From an uncultured delta proteobacterium (lineage in GTDB: Bacteria > Desulfobacterota > Desulfobacteria > Desulfobacterales > Desulfatirhabdiaceae): DNA of 64,000 bases. Location: assembly GCA_963789395.1 (NCBI GenBank), contig CAWBKP010000009.1:32001-96000 (forward strand), read 5' to 3'. Shown piece by piece: positions 40,555-52,139 of the stretch. Position 1 is the first letter of the stretch. The number at the start of each line of letters is the position of its first letter. The notes below the pieces were generated by a model. That model worked only from the letters and a program-made list of their open reading frames with translations. It was not told the origin of the DNA and did no database searches. A program made the translations under genes and the position numbers.

Positions 40555-41148
40555 TCAATCGCCTTTGTTTTTATTGGGGAATGGGGGCGAATCCGCCGCC
40601 CGTATTGTTTCCTGAACCATCCACCGGATAGCGCAATGCGCAAGGATGGCGGCGATATGGCCGTTGAAATAAAAATGCTCGACGCCAAACTCCTGATGGT
40701 TGTAAGACAGCGTCAGGTGATCATCATCCACAATCTCGATGACCCGGCACCGGGAAAGGGCCCTCAGGCCGATTCCCGCGGATTTGAGCACCGCTTCCTT
40801 GGCCGTCCAGTAACGGAAAAACAGCAGATCATCTACCGTCTCTCCCAGTTTCCATTCCGTTTCATCAGCCGCCATGCGGTAAAGCCCCGGCGCACAGGGC
40901 CTGATTTTCTCAATATCCATGCCAATGGGGAAATCAGCCACGACCCCGGCAACATACTCAGATTTATGAGCCAGAGACCAGTAATAACCGCCGGATGGAA
41001 GCGGCGCACCTTCTTCGGATTTTATCAATTCGCCGAGCCTGACGCCACTTTTATCAGCCGAAAGCTGCACGGCCTGACGTGCAAGGTTGCTCAGCCGCAG
41101 GACTTTATCCCTGCCCCGCAACCGGCGGTCCACTTCCGGAACCGCCAA
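40555..41148 (-). CDS. 4'-phosphopantetheinyl transferase (Sfp-like; start uncertain)
   Basis: WSLAHK, IGMDIE, FFRYWTAKEAVLKSAGIGL. Confidence 0.88.
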   Translation of the reverse strand: MAVPEVDRRLRGRDKVLRLSNLARQAVQLSADKSGVRLGELIKSEEGAPLPSGGYYWSLAHKSEYVAGVVADFPIGMDIEKIRPCAPGLYRMAADETEWKLGETVDDLLFFRYWTAKEAVLKSAGIGLRALSRCRVIEIVDDDHLTLSYNHQEFGVEHFYFNGHIAAILAHCAIRWMVQETIRAADSPPFPNKNKGD

Positions 41149-41168
41149 AATGACTGGGTAAATAGTCT

Positions 41169-43325
41169 TCAGCCTTCAGCCTTTTCTCTGAGGAGAATCC
41201 GGCAGTCGGCAACGGTTGCGCCCTGCCCTTCCGCATGAACCAGCAGCGGATTAACGTCGATTTCCTGAATTTCCGGATGCCGGCAGACAAGATCCGAAAA
41301 ACTGACCAAAAGTTTTTCCAGAACAGCCAGATCCACCCTTGGCCTGCCTCTGAACCCTTCCAGAAGCCTGAAGCCTTTTATCCCCCGAATCATGGTGCGG
41401 GCGGAATTCCGCTGAATCGGCGCCAGCCGGAAAATCACATCCTGAAACACTTCCACGAAAATACCGCCCGTGCCGAACATGATCAGCGGCCCGAATATCG
41501 GATAACGGCTCATTCCCAGAATGACCTCTTCGCCGCGCGGGGCCATTTTCTGCACCAGCACCCCGCGAATCTGCGCTTTCGGATCATAGGCCGCCGCATT
41601 TCGGGTGATGGCGACATGGGCCGCCTTTACCTCTTCTGCAGTCGCCAGTCCAACCCTGACTCCGCCGGCATCGGATTTATGAAGGATCTGAGGAGATACG
41701 ATTTTCATCACTACGGGATATCCGATCTCTTCAGCGATTCCAGCGGCTTCTTCCGGACTTTCGGAAAGACGGGTCGGCAGCACCCGAAATCCGTAACAGG
41801 CCAGAAGATCCAGGCCTTCCAGTTCTCCCAGGTGGAGTTGTCCCTCCTTGATACAGGTTTCAATGATCCGGGAAGCCCGATCCGAATCATGTGAAAACGT
41901 GAAATGCGCCAGAATCTGACGGTTCAGCCATCTGGAATATTTGTACAGGGCGCCAAAAGCCTTGGCCGCATTTTCCGGAAATTTATACACCGGAATCCCC
42001 TGCTCCTGAAGGTATTTAACCCCTGCGGAAACATCCACCACCCCCATAAAACAGCACAGAATGGGCTTGTGCGTGCGCCGGGCGATTCTGGCAATGGATT
42101 CTGCCGTACCCAGCGCGTTGGTCATGGACTGGGGGGTGAGGATGACCAGCGCGCCGTCAACGCCTTCATCCCGGACCACGGCCCCCAGCGCGTTTTCGTA
42201 CCGGTCCTGGGCCGCATCGCCGATCACATCCACGGGATTATGGATATTGGCCGTTTGCGGCAGATGGCTTGAAAGGGCTTCCAGGGTCTCACTGTGGAAC
42301 TGAGCCAGCCTCAGACCCGATGATACGGTCATATCGGTTGCCACAATTCCGGGACCGCCGGCATTGGTGATTATCGCAACCCGATTGCCATCGGGAATTT
42401 TTTTTCTCAGCTTTCCCAGATTGCTGAGATTTTTATAGGCAAAGGCGGTTGCATAATCAAAGAGCTCATCGATGGAGTCCACCCGGATAATGCCGGACTG
42501 GTTGAAAATGGCGTCATACACCGCCTCCGAGCCTGCCAGCGCACCGGTGTGGGAAGCGGCAGCGGCGGCTCCTGCATGGGTTCTGCCGGATTTTATGGCC
42601 AGAATCGGTGTGGGCCGCTCACCGGAGGTGATTTCCCGGACTTCATCGATAAATTCATGGCCTCTTCGCAGCTCTTCCAGATAAATCATGATGACTTCGG
42701 TATCCTTATCGTTATGCAGATACCGAAGCAGATCCAACTCATCCACATCGGCCTTGTTGCCGATGGAAATGAATTTTGAAAACCCGAAATCCCGGTCAGC
42801 GGCAAAGTCAAGTACTGCCGTACACAGCGCGCCGCTTTGCGAGATAAAGGACACATTGCCGGGTTTGGGCATTCTTGCCGAAAAGCTGGCATTCAGCCGC
42901 ACAGCATCAAGGGGATTGATGACGCCAAGGCAGTTGGGTCCGATCACCCGGATATCCGCCTCCCGGCACATGGAGACGATCCGATTCTCGATCTCAAGCC
43001 CTTCCGCCCCCACTTCCCGGAAACCCGCGGATACGATGACGATGCCCTTGACCCCTTTTTGAATGGCCTCTTCAACCGCTCCCAGGCAGGGTTTTGGCGG
43101 CAGAATGATCATTGCCAGATCAATGTCATCGGGAATTTTGGTTATTGAAGGAAAAGCCCTGACGCTGAGAATGGATCTGGCGCCGGGGTTAACAGGGTAC
43201 AGTGTTCCCTTGTACCCCCCCTTCAAGATATTGGCAAAAATATCATGCCCGACTTTTCCCGGTGTTGTCGAGGCCCCGATGACAGCAACCGATTGCGGTG
43301 AAAAAATGGCATCCAGCTTGTCCAT
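41169..43325 (-). CDS. Acetate/acyl-CoA ligase (ADP-forming), alpha-beta fusion
   Basis: AVIGAS, GPNCLG, SQSGA, ASHTGALAG (phospho-His), NAGGPG, NPVD, ATP-grasp HKSDAGGV. Confidence 0.92.
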   Translation of the reverse strand: MDKLDAIFSPQSVAVIGASTTPGKVGHDIFANILKGGYKGTLYPVNPGARSILSVRAFPSITKIPDDIDLAMIILPPKPCLGAVEEAIQKGVKGIVIVSAGFREVGAEGLEIENRIVSMCREADIRVIGPNCLGVINPLDAVRLNASFSARMPKPGNVSFISQSGALCTAVLDFAADRDFGFSKFISIGNKADVDELDLLRYLHNDKDTEVIMIYLEELRRGHEFIDEVREITSGERPTPILAIKSGRTHAGAAAAASHTGALAGSEAVYDAIFNQSGIIRVDSIDELFDYATAFAYKNLSNLGKLRKKIPDGNRVAIITNAGGPGIVATDMTVSSGLRLAQFHSETLEALSSHLPQTANIHNPVDVIGDAAQDRYENALGAVVRDEGVDGALVILTPQSMTNALGTAESIARIARRTHKPILCCFMGVVDVSAGVKYLQEQGIPVYKFPENAAKAFGALYKYSRWLNRQILAHFTFSHDSDRASRIIETCIKEGQLHLGELEGLDLLACYGFRVLPTRLSESPEEAAGIAEEIGYPVVMKIVSPQILHKSDAGGVRVGLATAEEVKAAHVAITRNAAAYDPKAQIRGVLVQKMAPRGEEVILGMSRYPIFGPLIMFGTGGIFVEVFQDVIFRLAPIQRNSARTMIRGIKGFRLLEGFRGRPRVDLAVLEKLLVSFSDLVCRHPEIQEIDVNPLLVHAEGQGATVADCRILLREKAEG

Positions 43326-43548
43326 GTACGATTACTCCTGATTCTATGCGATATGCGTGTTCAATACAGTTTAAACAGCGCGATATGGTTGTCCATCGAC
43401 CTTCTCTTTGGTATTGATCTGACAATACCTTTATTAACGCTTGATGTAAAGACCATCATCGCGTCATGTTATACCGATTTTTCACTTTTTAAAGCATATC
43501 AAATCACAGCGTCCATTAAAGCGCAATGACGTTTTCCATCTTTCCGGA

Positions 43549-43577
43549 TTGACAGAAGAAATCATTTTTTCTATAAC
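43549..43577 (+). promoter_or_regulatory. Sigma70 promoter of ppdK
   Basis: TTGACA-N17-TATAAC. Confidence 0.65.
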
Positions 43578-43710
43578 CAGTGTATAATCTTGGCCCGACA
43601 GGACAATGGCCGTTGAAAACGCGATGGCACCGGAGTCAGTCCTTATCTCATCCGGGAAGAGACCGCAAATGACATCTTAAGACAATCTACCGAGCAGACG
43701 AGGCAAAAAG

Positions 43711-46437
43711 ATGACAAAAAAATGGGTGTATCTCTTTGATGAAGTGCAACTGGTTGAAGCGTATACAGGCGGAAGCCGGGATGCGGTTCGCGGCCTTCTG
43801 GGCGGCAAAGGCGCAAACCTTGCCGAAATGGCCAGGATCGATGTCCCCGTACCCCCGGGATTTACCGTAACCACGGAAGCCTGCAACGCCTATCTGGCCG
43901 CCGGCAGCATTTTTCCCGAAGGCATGTGGGATCAGGAAATTCAGGCCCTTCATGAGGTTGAGGCCAGAACCGGAAAGATTTTCGGCGATGCGGAAAATCC
44001 CCTTCTGGTCTCCTGCCGATCCGGCGCCAAGTTTTCCATGCCCGGCATGATGGATACGGTTTTGAACATTGGCCTGAACGATGAAACCGCTGAAGGCATG
44101 GTCCGACTGACCCAGGATGAACGCTTTGTTTATGATGCCTACCGACGCCTGATCCAGATGTTCGGCAGTGTGGTCATGGGCATTCCGGATGAGCATTTTG
44201 AAGAAGTGATCACTGCAACCCGTCAGCGCGCTCGGGTTGAAAGCGATGCGGAGATTTCCGGCAAGGACTGGCGGGCCGTTACCGAAGAATTCAAGAAAAT
44301 TTTCAGGCGCCATTCCAAACATCATTTTCCGACCGACCCGTATGAACAGCTCAGTCTGGCAACAGAGGCGGTGTTTAAGAGCTGGAACGGCAAAAGAGCC
44401 ATCGACTACCGGAATGCAGCCGGAATTGCACATAACCTGGGAACAGCTGTCAGCATTGTAACGATGGTTTTCGGCAACATGGGCAACGACAGCGCCACAG
44501 GCGTTGCCATGACCCGAAACGGCTCCACCGGGGACCATAAAATCGAAGGGGACTACCTGACCAATGCACAGGGCGAAGATGTAGTGGCCGGCATTCGATT
44601 GACAAAAGACATTTCCCAGTTGAAATTGGAAATGCCCCGCGCCTATGCGGAATTTGAAGCCATCGCCAGACGTCTTGAAAATCATTACCGCGAAATGCAG
44701 GATGTGGAGTTTACCATTGAAAAAGGCAAGCTGTGGATGCTGCAGACCCGGGATGGAAAAAGAACCGCCCAGGCAGCAGTCCGTATTGCCGTGGACATGG
44801 CCGAAGAAGGGCTCATTACCCGCGAGCAGGCCGTTCTCAGGGTCACTCCGGATCATGTGGATTTTTTTCTCCATCCCCAGTTCGACAGCAAGTCCAGACA
44901 GGCGGCCAAAGCTTCGGGCGATTTTCTGGCAACCGGCCTGAACGTCTCTCCGGGAGCCGCCTACGGCGTGGTGGCGCTGGATGCCAATCTGGCCGAATCA
45001 TGGGCCAAGCAGGAAGGCAAACAGGTCATCATGGTTCGGGCCGAAACCCGGCCCGATGATGTTCACGGCATGCTGGCCGCCCAGGGCATTCTGACCAGCC
45101 GGGGCGGCAGAACCAGCCATGCGGCCCTCGTGGCCCGGCAGTTCGGCAAGCCGGCCGTTGTCGGCGTAACCGATCTGAGGATCGATATGGTTAAACGCCG
45201 CATCATGATGAAGGACAAAGTCATCCGGGAAGGGGACTGGATCTCGATTGACGGCACCGTCGGAGAAGTTTATCTCGGCAAGCTCAACACCACCATTCCG
45301 GACATCAACGACCCCTGGCTCATCAAGCTGCTGTCCTGGGCGGATAAATTCCGCCGTCTAGGCGTCTGGGCCAATGCCGACTACCCGCGGGATGCCGCCC
45401 GGGCCAGGGAATACGGCGCCGAAGGCATCGGGCTGTGCCGCTCCGAGCACATGTTTTTTGAAACCGAACGACTTCCTTTTGTTCAGAAAATGATCATGAC
45501 CGACCTTCCGATCGAAAGACGCGAGGCCCTCGACATGATTCTGCCGTTTCAGCGGGAAGATTTTTACGGCATCTTCAAGATCATGGACGGGCTTCCGGTC
45601 ATCATCCGGCTGCTGGATCCGCCGCTTCATGAATTTTTGCCCAACCATGTTGATCTGGTCCGGGATCTGTCGGATTTAAAGCTTCGCATCAAACAGGCCG
45701 CCAATCTTACGGAACTCGATGAGCTTCTCAATCAGATCCGCGCCAAGGAAACCGTTTTAAAACGGCTGGAGAACCTCAGAGAATCCAACCCCATGCTGGG
45801 AATGCGCGGGGTTCGTCTGGGGATTCACATACCGGAAGTGACCATCATGCAGGTCAAGGCGGTTTTTGAGGCAGCCTGCATGGCCACAAAGGAAGGGATT
45901 CATGTTCATCCGGAAATCATGATTCCGCTCACCTGCCATGTGAACGAGCTGAAGTTCCAACGCGAAATTCTTGAAGCTGAAGCGAAAAAGGTCATGGATG
46001 ACTGGGACATGGATATCGATTATAAATTCGGAACCATGATCGAGATTCCCCGGGCTGCGCTGACAGCCGAAAAAATCGCCGAATACGCCGAATTCTTTTC
46101 TTTTGGAACCAATGACCTGACGCAAACGACTTTTGGCATTTCACGGGATGACGCGGAAGCCAGCTTTCTGGTCCACTATCTGGAAGCAGGCATTCTGCCG
46201 CACAATCCCTTTACCACCATCGATCGGGATGGCGTGGGAGAGTTGATGAAAACCGCTCTGATCAAGGGACGGTCCGTCAAACCCGATCTGGAATGCGGAA
46301 TCTGCGGTGAACACGGCGGGGATCCCCAGTCCATTCATTTATGCCATGAACTGGGACTGACTTACGTATCCTGCTCTCCGTTCCGGGTTCCCATTGCACG
46401 CCTGGCGGCAGCCCATGCCGCACTAAAGGAAAAATAG
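43711..46437 (+). CDS. ppdK: Pyruvate, phosphate dikinase
   Basis: LGGKGANLAEM, SMPGMMDT, GGRTSHAA, EGIGLCRSEHMF, FSFGTNDLTQ, GICGEHGG. Confidence 0.98.
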   Translation: MTKKWVYLFDEVQLVEAYTGGSRDAVRGLLGGKGANLAEMARIDVPVPPGFTVTTEACNAYLAAGSIFPEGMWDQEIQALHEVEARTGKIFGDAENPLLVSCRSGAKFSMPGMMDTVLNIGLNDETAEGMVRLTQDERFVYDAYRRLIQMFGSVVMGIPDEHFEEVITATRQRARVESDAEISGKDWRAVTEEFKKIFRRHSKHHFPTDPYEQLSLATEAVFKSWNGKRAIDYRNAAGIAHNLGTAVSIVTMVFGNMGNDSATGVAMTRNGSTGDHKIEGDYLTNAQGEDVVAGIRLTKDISQLKLEMPRAYAEFEAIARRLENHYREMQDVEFTIEKGKLWMLQTRDGKRTAQAAVRIAVDMAEEGLITREQAVLRVTPDHVDFFLHPQFDSKSRQAAKASGDFLATGLNVSPGAAYGVVALDANLAESWAKQEGKQVIMVRAETRPDDVHGMLAAQGILTSRGGRTSHAALVARQFGKPAVVGVTDLRIDMVKRRIMMKDKVIREGDWISIDGTVGEVYLGKLNTTIPDINDPWLIKLLSWADKFRRLGVWANADYPRDAARAREYGAEGIGLCRSEHMFFETERLPFVQKMIMTDLPIERREALDMILPFQREDFYGIFKIMDGLPVIIRLLDPPLHEFLPNHVDLVRDLSDLKLRIKQAANLTELDELLNQIRAKETVLKRLENLRESNPMLGMRGVRLGIHIPEVTIMQVKAVFEAACMATKEGIHVHPEIMIPLTCHVNELKFQREILEAEAKKVMDDWDMDIDYKFGTMIEIPRAALTAEKIAEYAEFFSFGTNDLTQTTFGISRDDAEASFLVHYLEAGILPHNPFTTIDRDGVGELMKTALIKGRSVKPDLECGICGEHGGDPQSIHLCHELGLTYVSCSPFRVPIARLAAAHAALKEK

Positions 46438-46450
46438 GAAATGACAAAAA

Positions 46451-46490
46451 TGAAGCGTGAAGGCCTTACGTACCTTCACGCTTCATGCTT
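46451..46490. terminator. Hairpin built of heptamer repeats between convergent ppdK and the PilB-like gene
   Basis: TGAAGCGTGAAGG-N9-CCTTCACGCTTCA. Confidence 0.65.
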
Positions 46491-46541
46491 CAGTCTGCAA
46501 GAAGACTTCATGGATGTCTTCCATCGCAACAGTCTGCTATT

Positions 46542-48918
46542 TTATCCGATGCAAACCCGGTTAACCTCTTTCATATCCGTGAATCCCTGAATCAGCTTGA
46601 CAATCGCATCCTGCTTGAGCGTGGTCATGCCTTCCTTGGCGGCCTGATGAAAAAGATCTTCGGCAGAGGCCTGCTTTTTGATCATGCGCTTGATTTCCTT
46701 GGTGCCTTCCATCAGCTCGTGAATTCCCATCCGGCCCTTGTATCCGCTTCCCGCGCAGATATCACAGCCAACCGTGCGATACAGGACAAGCTCCGGCGTA
46801 TGGGTGATGCCGGTGAGCGCAAAGGCTTCACGGCCATACGCATCAACAATGTCGTTGAATTCTTCCTCGGACGGGTGATAGGATTGACGGCAACTGCTGC
46901 AAAGGGTTCTGACGAGCCGCTGCGCCAGAACGCCTAAAAATGCATCGGAAAAATTCAGGGGATTCAGCCCCATGTCCAGGAGCCGGGTAATGGTCTCCGG
47001 CGCGCTGTTGGTGTGAAGGGTTGAAAATACCAGATGGCCGGTCAAAGATGCCTCGATGCCGGTGGATGCCGTCTCTTCATCGCGCATTTCGCCGATCATG
47101 ATCACATCGGGATCTGCGCGCAGAAAGGATCGCATGACTCTGGCAAAATCCAGGCCGATTCGAGGCTTGACCTCAACCTGCCGCAGTCCTGCCTGGGTGA
47201 TTTCAACCGGATCCTCGGCAGTCCAGATTTTGATGCCGGGCTTGTTGATGTGTCCCAGCGCCGCATGAAGGGTGGTTGTTTTCCCTGATCCGGTCGGGCC
47301 CACCACCAGAATCATGCCGTAAGGCTGGACCAGTATTTTTTCCATGATCTTCAAATTCCGATCATTCAAGCCCATCTGATCCATCTTCATGGCCCCGGCC
47401 TTGGCCAGAATTCTAAGGACCGCATCTTCAAATCCGCCGGTTGTGGGAATGGTGGCCACGCGAAGTTCAAAGGGCTGAATCCCTTTTCTGCGAAACTTGA
47501 TTTTTCCATCCTGAGGCAGCCGTCGCTCGGATATATCCAGATTGCACATGATCTTGATCCGCGAGAGAATGCCTTTTGCCATGGTGTTGGGAACTTTCAG
47601 ATAGTCCTGGCAGACGCCGTCCATGCGAAACCGGATGCCGGTTTTATTGGTCACCGGGGAAGGTTCGATATGAATGTCCGAAACCCCTGTCCGATACGCC
47701 GTAACCAGGACCTGATCCACCAGACGGACAACCTGGCTGGCGGATTCATCCAGCGATTCCATAACCTCTTCCGCATCTTCTTCAAAAACGACATCCGGGA
47801 CGAGTCTCATCCAGATCGAGCGAGGATTCCATGGAATCCGCGCTCTGTTCCTGCTCGTAAAACCGTTTGATATATTGCTCGATATCTTCTTTTATCCCCA
47901 CCGAAAGATGAATATTGGGCATCTTGATCAGCGCTTTGATGTGATCGGTTTTCCGGATATCCTTGGGATCATCCACAATGATATCGATACTGCTTTTTCC
48001 CCCAGCTTAGTGGAACCCATACATCGTGCAAGCAGAAACGATTTTTTTAAACTGCGAATCAGTTCAAAGGGAACCGGATGGTTGGGATCAAACGCTTTAA
48101 ACGGCACGCCGTAAAACAGGGAAAGCGATTTTCCGATATCGCTTTTTTTCAACTGAAATTCTTCGATCAAAACATGTCTCTACGCTTTTTCGCGTCTTTT
48201 GAGAACTGACCAGCGCCTTCTGAAGTTGTCCCGGGGTAACCATTTTTTCCTGAATCAGGTAATCGTAACGGGATCCTGGCAACATCTGCGCCATCAGGGC
48301 ATTGAGTCTCTGTTCAACTTCACTGACCCCGGGCGCCATCATCAGGGATGGCTTTATAAAATTCAATCGCCGTATCCTTATGTCCCCGTTTTTCCATATC
48401 AAGACCCATGTCGGAAACGAGTTTGGCTTTCTGGGACGTTTCGATATCCAGTTGATCAATAAGGGGGGAAAGATGCTCCGCAACCTGGCCCGGAGAATTA
48501 AAAAGAAACAGACAATCCATGAAGCGGGGCAACAGATCCGCGGTAAACGGACTTTTCTTAAATGCTTTTTCATACTCGCCGGCGGATTCTTTGACAAGCC
48601 CCAGTTCCCTGAGCGCGGCAGCGCTTTCGATAAGGGTTTCAATGGTCTCTTCGGCCGGACTGCCCTGTAAGAATGGAAAGCTCCCTTGGAGAGACCTTGC
48701 CGACACCTTCTTTTTCCAGTTCGTGAAGTCTGAGATCGCAAAGATGCCATTCTGTTTTGAATCTCCTGCTCCTTCTGGGAGTCCGGTATCTGGAAATCGG
48801 AAAGCAGATGCTGATAGGTGTCAAGACTGGCATCCAGAAGTCCCATGGACTGATATACCTCAGCCTCATGAATTTTGGCGTTTATTTCTGACATGGATAA
48901 GATGGAATTTGTACTCAC
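46542..48918 (-). CDS. GspE/PilB-family secretion ATPase with TPR-like N-terminal extension (5' half frameshifted)
   Basis: SDIHIEP, ERRLPQDG, GPTGSGKTTTL, AEDPVE, DPDVIMIGEMRD, TGHLVFSTLHTN, tetracysteine Zn motif; upstream fragments give helical repeats and an MshEN-like segment. Confidence 0.88.
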
Positions 48919-51351
48919 GGTTTCAGTACCTCGGCCAGCAGTTTGGACAATCTGGCAATTTCAAAAGGTTTGACAATATATCCCTTAATCACATTCCGGA
49001 GATGGGGCGGAACCCCGTCAGGCCCTTCCGCCTCATAGCCGGATGCAATGATGATCCGGGCGGCACGGGTCCATCTCAAGAATCTTTGTGGCGGCTGCAA
49101 CACCATCCATCACCGGCATGTTGCGATCCATCAAAACAAGATCCGGCCGGCAGACCGGATAAAGAGTCACGGCTTCCTGGCCCGATGTGGCAATCGAAAC
49201 GATATATCCGTTGTTTTCCAGCAAATCTTTCAAAATTCCGAATATGGTTTCATCATCGTCCACAATCAGGATTTTTTCTCCCTGGCCGGGAGTCACAATA
49301 TCGTCACACGGATATGACTGCGGCTCATGAGCCATCGGACAGGGAAGGGTCACGGTAAAAACAGTCCCCAGACCGGGCTGGGAAAACACCTGAATGTCGC
49401 CGCCATAATTGCTGCACAATGCCGTAAGCGGTTGAAAGTCCCAGTCCGGTTCCCTGACCCGCCTCCTTTGTTGTAAAAAACGGATCGAAAACTCTTCTGG
49501 CGGTTTCTTCCGTCATGCCGCAACCGGTATCCGAAACCCGAATGATGATCTGCTGATCGCCTTCCCTGGCTTCAATATGAAGGGTTCCCCCCTCTGGCAT
49601 GGCATCCCGTGCATTGGTAAACAGGTTTATAAATACCTGAGCTCAGTTCCGACGGGTCCCCTTCAACGGCGATCAACTGTGGCCATTTTTTTTGAATCTT
49701 GATGTGCTTGCTGAATGAGGTTGAAATAATCTGGCAACATTCCTGGAGCGTATCGGACAAATTAAAGATGCGTTTGGGCCCTCGGGGCTCCATGCGTGAA
49801 AATTTCATCAGGCCGGAAATCAGATCCGACCCGTTCCGGGCGATATTGATGATCCCGCTGGTGCATTTTTGAATTTCGGCGATATCCTGATATTTCAAAC
49901 GGATCAATTCCGCATTGCCCAGGATTCCGGCCAGGATGTTTCGAAAATTATGGGAAAGCCCCGCGGATATCTCCCCCATGAATTTCATCCGCTGGGAATG
50001 CAGCAGCTGATCCTGCAGCTTGTTTTTTTCAGCAAGCGACATTTCATAATCAAATGCCTTGGCCAGAGAATCCGTTGCCATCCGCATCAGATGGATTTCC
50101 GGCTCCTTCCAGGGAACTTCCCTGAAGCAATTGTCAAATCCGATAAACCCTTCAAAACGGCCTTTCATCAGCAGCGGCATAATCAAGTATCGAACGAATT
50201 CCCAAAGACTTGCAGAAAGCGGCTTTCAGACTCCGGGAATTCCTTGACAGCCCCGGCAATGATGCGATCGGCGGAAAGCTCCGAATGCCACCTTGAAAAC
50301 CCCGCACTATAATAAATCTGCCGCAGGTCCGCCAGCGCCGACTGAGAGCATACGCCCTCGGCGCACCATTCGGCTTTCAAGCTCATCCAGACATTTCCGG
50401 ATGGATCCCGGGAGTTCTGATACCAGTAGGACCGGCTTGCCCCTGCTGCCCTGCCCATGATTTCCAGAACACTGAACACCTGCTCATGCGCGTTCTCCCG
50501 CTTCAAGAGCATGGACGCCACGCGCGCGGCTGATTCCAGATACCCGTGAAGCTTTTCCAGCCGGGTCACATCGACCATCAGCACCAGTCCGCCCTGCCAG
50601 GACCCATCCTGGGAATTCTTCAGATGGGATATATTCAGATTCAGTATTTTGTCCTGAGTATGAACGGTCAGATAACCGGATATGTCCTGATTTTCATCGC
50701 CGGGTTCAAGGCGTTTTTGAAGCATTGCATGATAGTCTTTTTCAAACTGATCCTCTACAAGATTCCCCAGAATCAGACTGATGGGTTTTTCCAGAAGAAT
50801 CTCGGCAGCGGGATTGGCGCTGAGAATCCGAAAATCAATATCATACACAAGAAGACCGGCCTGCAGATTTTCAAGCACCTGAAGGATGTGCTGGCGATTG
50901 TTCAGAAGCTCTTCGACGATTTTCCGGCTTCTCAGGCTCTGATCCGTAATCAGGGCCGGCTACGGCTTTTCCGGAACTGTGCACGAACGGATTTGTTGAG
51001 ACAGATCAGAATCTGCTGCCGGAAGGAATTGATATTGCTTTTGGTGATGAAATAATCCGCCGCGATCTGTTCATGCCCGAATATTCCAGAATGGCTCCTG
51101 AAACGACCACAATCACCATTGGAGCAAAAGCAGGATTGTCCCGGACATACCGGATAAGCTGCTCGCCGGATATTTTCGGCATGATCAGATCCGTAAACAA
51201 CACATCCGGCGGATTGCGCTGAATCTCTGAAAGCGCTTCTTTTCCATCCCTTGCCGTCCGGACATGATAGCCTTCCTGCGATAAGAATATCCCTGAGGAT
51301 ATCCAGAAATTTGCGATCATTATCCACCAGAAGGGCATTTTGTTGAATCAT
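48915..51351 (-). CDS. Hybrid sensor histidine kinase REC-PAS-GAF-HisKA-HATPase-REC (multiple frameshifts)
   Basis: [16 protein letters not shown] (REC), SANPAAE (PAS), GFIGFDNC (GAF), [10 protein letters not shown] (H-box), [26 protein letters not shown]...LMDRNMP (REC). Confidence 0.85.
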
Positions 51352-51434
51352 GAGAAAACCCGTATTCGTATCCGGCAAGACGAAGGAAAATACAAACGGA
51401 CCAAACAGGCCGTTTAAGGAGATGATTCGGACAG

Positions 51435-52124
51435 TTATCTTTCTTTTCGCCACAATTTGAGTTCCGCCCGAATGGCGCCAAACTCCGCCTGAATGGTTTT
51501 TTTCATTTCTTCGACGGCATAAAGAAATGCTTCATGGGGCGGCATCGTTTCGTGTTCCGACACGGACTTGCCCTGCGGCGGCGGTTCTGCCTCACTGGAA
51601 CAGAATAGCCGAACGGTTTATCCGCATTCCTGAAATAATCCCCGGATGCGGATTTTACAGGCTCGGTCAGTTTTTCCTTAAGCTTTTTGAACTGTGCGAT
51701 TTCATCGGCAAGAATGTTTCGTCTGGCGGTTTCCGATACGCCTTTGGAGAGTAAGAGGATTTCCAGATCACGGTAAATGGATTGGAGCAGTCGGATGGAA
51801 TCCGGGTGGGTCTGCGCTTTTTTTTGCAGAATATACTTTCCAATCGCTTCCAGCAATTGAAGGCATTTGAGCACAATGCCATCATCCTTGAGAACGGTTT
51901 TCAGCCGGTGCAATTCCTGAATAAACTCTGTCAAAATGGCGATCACTGATCTCCCAGTCCATGGACAAAACAATGGATTTCAATGTCGTCAGCGGCGACG
52001 CCACGCGACTGTCATCAGCCGGTACAGCCGATGCCAACCCGGATGAACTGTCATCCGGATTCAAAATCTCATCCATCCGTTTATCAGCCTCCGGGTTGCC
52101 GGTATCGACATTTTCTGCGCTCAT
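51435..52124 (-). CDS. Hypothetical helical protein (frameshifted)
   Basis: Joined fragments: SPLTTLKSIVLSMDWEISD-AILTEFIQEL...IGKYILQKKAQTHPDSI...MKKTIQAEFGAIRAELKLWRKER*. Confidence 0.65.
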
Positions 52125-52139
52125 GAATGCTTCTCCAAT

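Noticed and set aside
43687..44874. 395-aa antisense ORF over ppdK (and similar long antisense ORFs over purQ, dxr and mmdA)
   Set aside because: Shadow ORFs from codon bias of conserved sense-strand genes; no recognisable motifs.
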